The notes under the pieces are model-generated. The model saw nothing but the letters and a program-made list of their open reading frames with translations. It had not been told where the DNA came from and ran no database searches. This document shows, in pieces, positions 33,290 to 37,768 of a stretch of 37,768 bases of DNA (positions are counted from its first letter, which is position 1; the number at the start of each line of letters is the position of its first letter). The stretch is from the NCBI RefSeq assembly GCF_004010195.1, contig NC_057757.1, positions 9,873,984-9,911,751 on the forward strand. Reading direction: 5' to 3'. The stretch comes from Chiloscyllium plagiosum. Its lineage: Eukaryota. A program made the translations under genes and the position numbers.

Positions 33290-34645
33290 ATCCCAGGCAA
33301 TTGGACAGCCATTCACCTTCTTTCAACTTTGCACCATTTCCACCAACTCCAACATGGTGCCACCACCATAGACCTCTCCTCTGCCCTCCCCTTTCAGCAT
33401 GTACCACTCCCTCAGCGATCTCTCGGTTTATTCCCAACGCCACTCACATCCCACACCACCTTCAAAGGAAGTGTAGCACTCAATGTATCAACCACTATTC
33501 CTGGGTGAAACACATATAATTGATTGTACATTTTGTCAATTATTTCAGCCTTTGTATGGACTGCTCACGATATGTTTTTTCTTTACGTCAAGGCGACCTC
33601 TTGCTGGAGAGATTGGTTGCAGTGATGGTATTGGCAGTAGTGTGTGGGCCCACTATGGTCCTGTGGCGGCAGCCGTGGAGGTGAGTTACGGTTCCGAGCA
33701 GTGTCTGTGTTTAGCGCAGATTCAGGGAGGCGGCAGTGGAGGTGTGTTTGGACGCAGTATGCGACCTGGCGGATTGGCAGTGGCGAGGCAGGCCCAAAGC
33801 GGACTTGTGGTGATTGCAAAGTAGATTTTGGACCGGTGGCATCTGCAATGGCAAGGACCAGTGAGGATTCTTAGTGACGAGGGCATCAGTGGAGGCGAGA
33901 AGGCACTGAAAATTGGTCATGTTGACTACAGCAGCAGCGGAGTGGTGAAGGGGACTCCATGGCCCATGATGGAGCACTTAACAAGAAAGACTGTAAAGCT
34001 GGACATGTTTCCTTTACTTCTTCGTTTTTCTGTCTTTATGTTCAATGTTTTGGTGTATTTTTCTGTGTTTTAAGATGGTGCTGGAGAGTGGTGACACTCC
34101 ACAATGCTTCTCACTGTATTTTGTAACAAGATATACATGTGACAATAAATAAATCAAGTCAAATCGAGACCAGCCAAGGTTGGACGATCACTTTGCTGAA
34201 CACCTTGGTTGAGTCTGAAAGCACAACCCCAAGTTTTCCATTGCCTGGTTGATTATCTGTCCCACCCCCTGTCTCCCATTAACGTCATAAGCTGCTTCAA
34301 CCAGATTTAATCGACTTTAATGAACAATACCTTATCATTCAGTAAGACACTTTGCAGCTGTCAGGATTCAACACTAGGTTCAGCAACTTCACACTGTGAC
34401 TACCACTCCCATTCAGGGCTAATGCTGATTCTATCATTATGATTCGGAGATGCCGGATCGTTGTTACACTTGCACTTTTGTTACTTGTTCCAGTACCATC
34501 TCCTTTCGTCAAACATTGTTAACCTTTTCCTCATTTAAAGATTCTTGTCTTCCACTCTTCCACATTATTCACATTCCCCTAGTCTCATCACTCTACTTGC
34601 TTAATTTTCTCCATTCCTGACAAAATGCCATTGACCTGAAACCTT
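33290..34645 (+). mobile_element. Very old Penelope-like remnant (33290-33490 and 34166-34645) split by a ~650-bp insert with a Rex1-like tail (~33510-34165)
   Basis: RLDDHFAEHL and EQYLII..LQLSGFN..FSNF (GIY-YIG C-terminus, compare 18560-18790); decayed CTGACAA..CCTGAAAC at 34616-34642. The insert ends TGTGACAATAAATAAATCAAGTCAAATC. Confidence 0.6.
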
Positions 34646-35129
34646 GGCCGGAATTGTACCAGTGCATGGTGCGGGATGAAGAGGTAGGAAGATTACTAGG
34701 AAGGTGTGGGAGTCCAAGAGGCTCTATCTAATGCCTTCCCGCCACCTTGGCAATATATTTAGAGTTGGAAAGCTGGCCAAAGTTGATGCAAATCCAGAGA
34801 CTAATGCAGCAAACTTAGTGATCAATTGACCTGGGGGTGACATGGTGGCTCAGTGGTTAACACTGCCCAGGACCTAACCATTAAGTTGCCCTGATTTTCC
34901 TTTCCAAAATGCAGCACCTCGCATTTATCTAAACTTAACTCCATCTGCCACTCCTCGGCAGTATGTTGGATGGGACTAGTTTACACCAGGCTCAGTGTGC
35001 GTTCCCCCAGACCTCACCCTGACTGCAATGACAACTCATTCGGAGTCCAAACCCAGCTTCGCACTCATGCTAGACTGGCAACATGAACTTGCTCTCTCTC
35101 CATGGATGCTGCCTGACACACTGTGATTA

Positions 35130-35445
35130 AATTCGATTCCCTACAGTATGGAAACAGGCCCTTCGGCCCAACAAGTCCACACCGACCCTCCGAAGAGCAA
35201 CCCACCCAGACCCATTCCCCTATGTTTACCCCTGACTAATGCATCTAACACTACGGGCAATTTAGTATGGCCAATTCACCTAGTCTGCGTATCTTTGGAC
35301 TGTGGGAGGAAACTGGAGCACCCGGAGGAAACTCACGCAGACACAGGGAGAATGTGCAAACTCCACACAGAGAGTTGCCCGAGGCGAGAATTGAACCCAG
35401 ATCCCTGGCGCTGTGAGACAGCAGTGCTAACCACTGAACCACCAA
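35130..35445 (-). mobile_element. Near full-length HE1/V-SINE-type tRNA-derived SINE
   Basis: Minus strand A box TGGTTCAGTGG, B box GGTTCAATTC, V-domain GTTTCCTCCCACAGTCCAAAGAT and 3' tail GGGCCGAAGGGCCTGTTTCCATACTGTAGGGA shared with CR1 3'UTRs. Sits inside an older Penelope terminal fragment (35090-35127 / 35460-35490). Confidence 0.92.
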
Positions 35446-35721
35446 CTTTTTTTTTGGACTGATTCCAGCATCTGGAGTAATTTGCTCCTTTGTGCTATTC
35501 CCATCCATTCCCACTATTCCGGTCAGATTACTCGTTTTGTTCCTAATTCAGTGCTAGGCCTCAGTCAATTTTTTGTTGAAGATGGTGCTTTGAATAGTTA
35601 AGTGTTCGCATTTTCTAATCCATATAACTGGACTCGTTACAGGGAGTGTAACTGTTCACTGGGGGGGCGCAATGAGAGGAGAGACTCTGTATAACTTTTC
35701 TGCTCGATCCTGTGAACTGAC

Positions 35722-37522
35722 ATTGTTTTTTAAAAAATCTATTTCTATTGAAAAAATAGATTTTTTAATATTACAACAAGTACAAACAACATAATTCAAA
35801 ACAGTACAAACAAAAACCAAATAAAAAAAACCAACCCACCCTCATGTACAAATGTATAAACAAATATAGAAAAGTATAGAATAAAAAAACCCAAACTGGC
35901 TATTTAACTAAATAAATAAAAACCAACAGCAAACTAATAAATAGTAATAGCTCAGCCCAGCCAAACAAAACGCTCATACGTTCACAGTTCCTCCTCCCTG
36001 GATATTGGACTCGCAAAACACAATTGTTACGGCTATATAAAAGCCCTCGTTCGTGTGGCAGATAAATCTGTGTCAAGGTATTCCAAAAAGGGTTGCCATG
36101 TCTTATAAAAATTCTCAGTTTTGTGGTGTACCGTACTTGTGAGAAAATTCAGGGGAATATGCTCCATAACAATCTTCTGCCAACCCGACAGGTCCGGGGG
36201 CTGGGGGGTTTCAGACCTCCAACCTAGCAAGATATTCTTTCTTGCACAGAATGTGAGAATATTGAAAAGTTTTTTCTTATGCGCGCCTGCAGGAAATACA
36301 GTGGGCAGGCCCAAAAGGAGAGAGATAGGGTTCTTCTCCACCCTTACACCTAAAATCCTCTCCATTGTGCCCGCCACAGCACTCCAATATGTTTGAAGCC
36401 TATCGCAAGACAAAAGACAATGGGTGAGAATGCCCGTGCAGACCTTGCACTTGGGGCATGCTGAAGATACCCCTGGTTTACATTTTGACAAACGGTCTGA
36501 AGCCAAATGGACCCTGTGGAGAATCTTCAACTGTAAAGCGTGGGTCCTATTGCAAATTAATATTTTTCTTGCATTCTCCCAAATATCCTCCCATGCCTCT
36601 GATAAGGCCTCAACACCCAGTTCTCTTTCCCACATTCTGCAGAGCACCCCCCCCCCCCCCCCCCCCCCAATTAATAATATAAAGTACTGACAGAAAATGT
36701 ACTCTTAGCACTTAGCACTCTCCTCTCTATGTCGGATTTGTAGAGATCAGTCAAAAGTGTGGTCTTTTTTCGAATAAAATCCCTAACTTGAAAAAAATGA
36801 AAGAGGTCCCTATTAGATAACTTGTACTTTAGTACTAACTGATCAAAGGACATCATTACATCTCCCTCAAATAAATGCCCATACAAGACCCCTAGCTGCC
36901 CAACGTTTAAATCTTGAATGTGTCATTCCGAGTTGAAAATCCGGCATACCCACTAAAGGTGTAAACAAAGATGTTTTGCCAATATTGTCTTCCCTCTGCC
37001 AAATTGTCCTCCATGCTTTAACAGTATTGATGATTATTCGGTTATTGCAATATTCCCTAACTGTCCTCATTTTGTCCAAAAACAGCAAACTGGTAAGGGG
37101 CATCTTGTCTGGGAGGCATCGATATCTAGACATATTGAAAGAGGGTCCCCACAAGCCCAATCACTCACGTAGGTAAAAAGCGAGCTTAATTGGTAATTTT
37201 AAATGTTTGGACGGTCCGTTCCCTCCATCTGTGAGGCATTTGCAGTTTGGCTAATTTAATGAGTTGAAAATGTGTTGCTGGAAAAGCGCAGCAGGTCAGG
37301 CAGCATCCAGGGAACAGGTGGCTGCTTATGAAGCCAAATAAAGGAGCTGAACCAGCTGTGCAGCCTCCTGAGTGTTTGCTTTTGAAAATCAGCATCCGTA
37401 TTGGGTATAGCAAATGGGGGAGAATATTCATCTTAATAAGCACTATCCGACCCAACCACTAGACTGGAAGTGCCTCCCATCATTGAAGATCTTGTTTAAT
37501 TTTTTCAAATAATTGGATAAAC
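35722..37522 (-). mobile_element. L1/Tx1-clade LINE 3' portion (RT C-terminus, CCHC zinc finger, 3'UTR, A-rich end)
   Basis: GRIVLIKMNILPHLLY, IKLAKLQ.P, SFDQL..KY.L.N.DLF.FFQVRDF, WERELG..W..IW..LQLKILHR..CPKC....LTHCLLSC..LQ.YW. A Penelope fragment is nested at ~37264-37318. Confidence 0.9.
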
Positions 37523-37768
37523 ATAGATAGAACATAGAACAATACAGCACAGAACAGGACCTTCGGCCCACGATGTTGTGCCGAACATTTGTCCTAGCTT
37601 AAGCACCCATCCATGTACCTATCCAATTGCCGCTTAAAGGTCACCAAAGATTCTGACTCTACCACTCCCACAGGCAGCGCATTCCATGCCCACACCACTC
37701 TCTGGGTAAAGAACCCACCCCTGACATCCCCCCTATACCTTCCACCCTTCACCTTAAATTTATGCCCC
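37523..37768 (-). mobile_element. CR1 3' end (runs off the window), inserted into the L1
   Basis: (ATAGAAC)n tail and a 3'UTR matching 12412-12489; minus frame GHKFKVKGGRYRGDVRGGFFTQRVV. Confidence 0.9.

Noticed and set aside
35370..35445. tRNA gene (A and B boxes); similar heads at ~19350, ~26150, ~31520 and ~34840
   Set aside because: These are tRNA-derived SINE heads continuing into V-domain and LINE-like tails, with no complete cloverleaf.

Overview
This is eukaryotic, repeat-dense vertebrate genomic DNA. It is most likely from a shark or other elasmobranch, inferred from the repeat complement: HE1/V-SINE-type tRNA SINEs, many CR1 LINEs, and Rex1/Babar, L1/Tx1 and Penelope-like elements. 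There are three assembly gaps (11472-12411, 14003-14426, 29100-29677). Most of the window is decayed, nested retrotransposons, and nearly all ORFs in the track are retroelement fragments, their antisense shadows, low-complexity repeats or N-gap artefacts. The only host coding sequence I can support is two in-frame SYGQ-rich exons (9689-9776, 9861-9999, + strand) of a FET-family RNA-binding protein, most like TAF15; the ORF track misses them and I found no other exons of that gene. The main points of interest are: (1) Penelope-type terminal fragments carrying minimal hammerhead-ribozyme motifs of two sequence families, several flanked by target-site duplications, including a 208-bp hairpin-shaped insertion; (2) the FET exons lie between a CR1 5' piece and a CR1 3' tail, themselves between two LTR-like pieces, suggesting gene-fragment capture or a mis-join; (3) a 45-bp G-rich minisatellite; (4) several non-canonical insertions and duplications. 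Repeat boundaries are approximate and family names come from motif recognition, not database searches.
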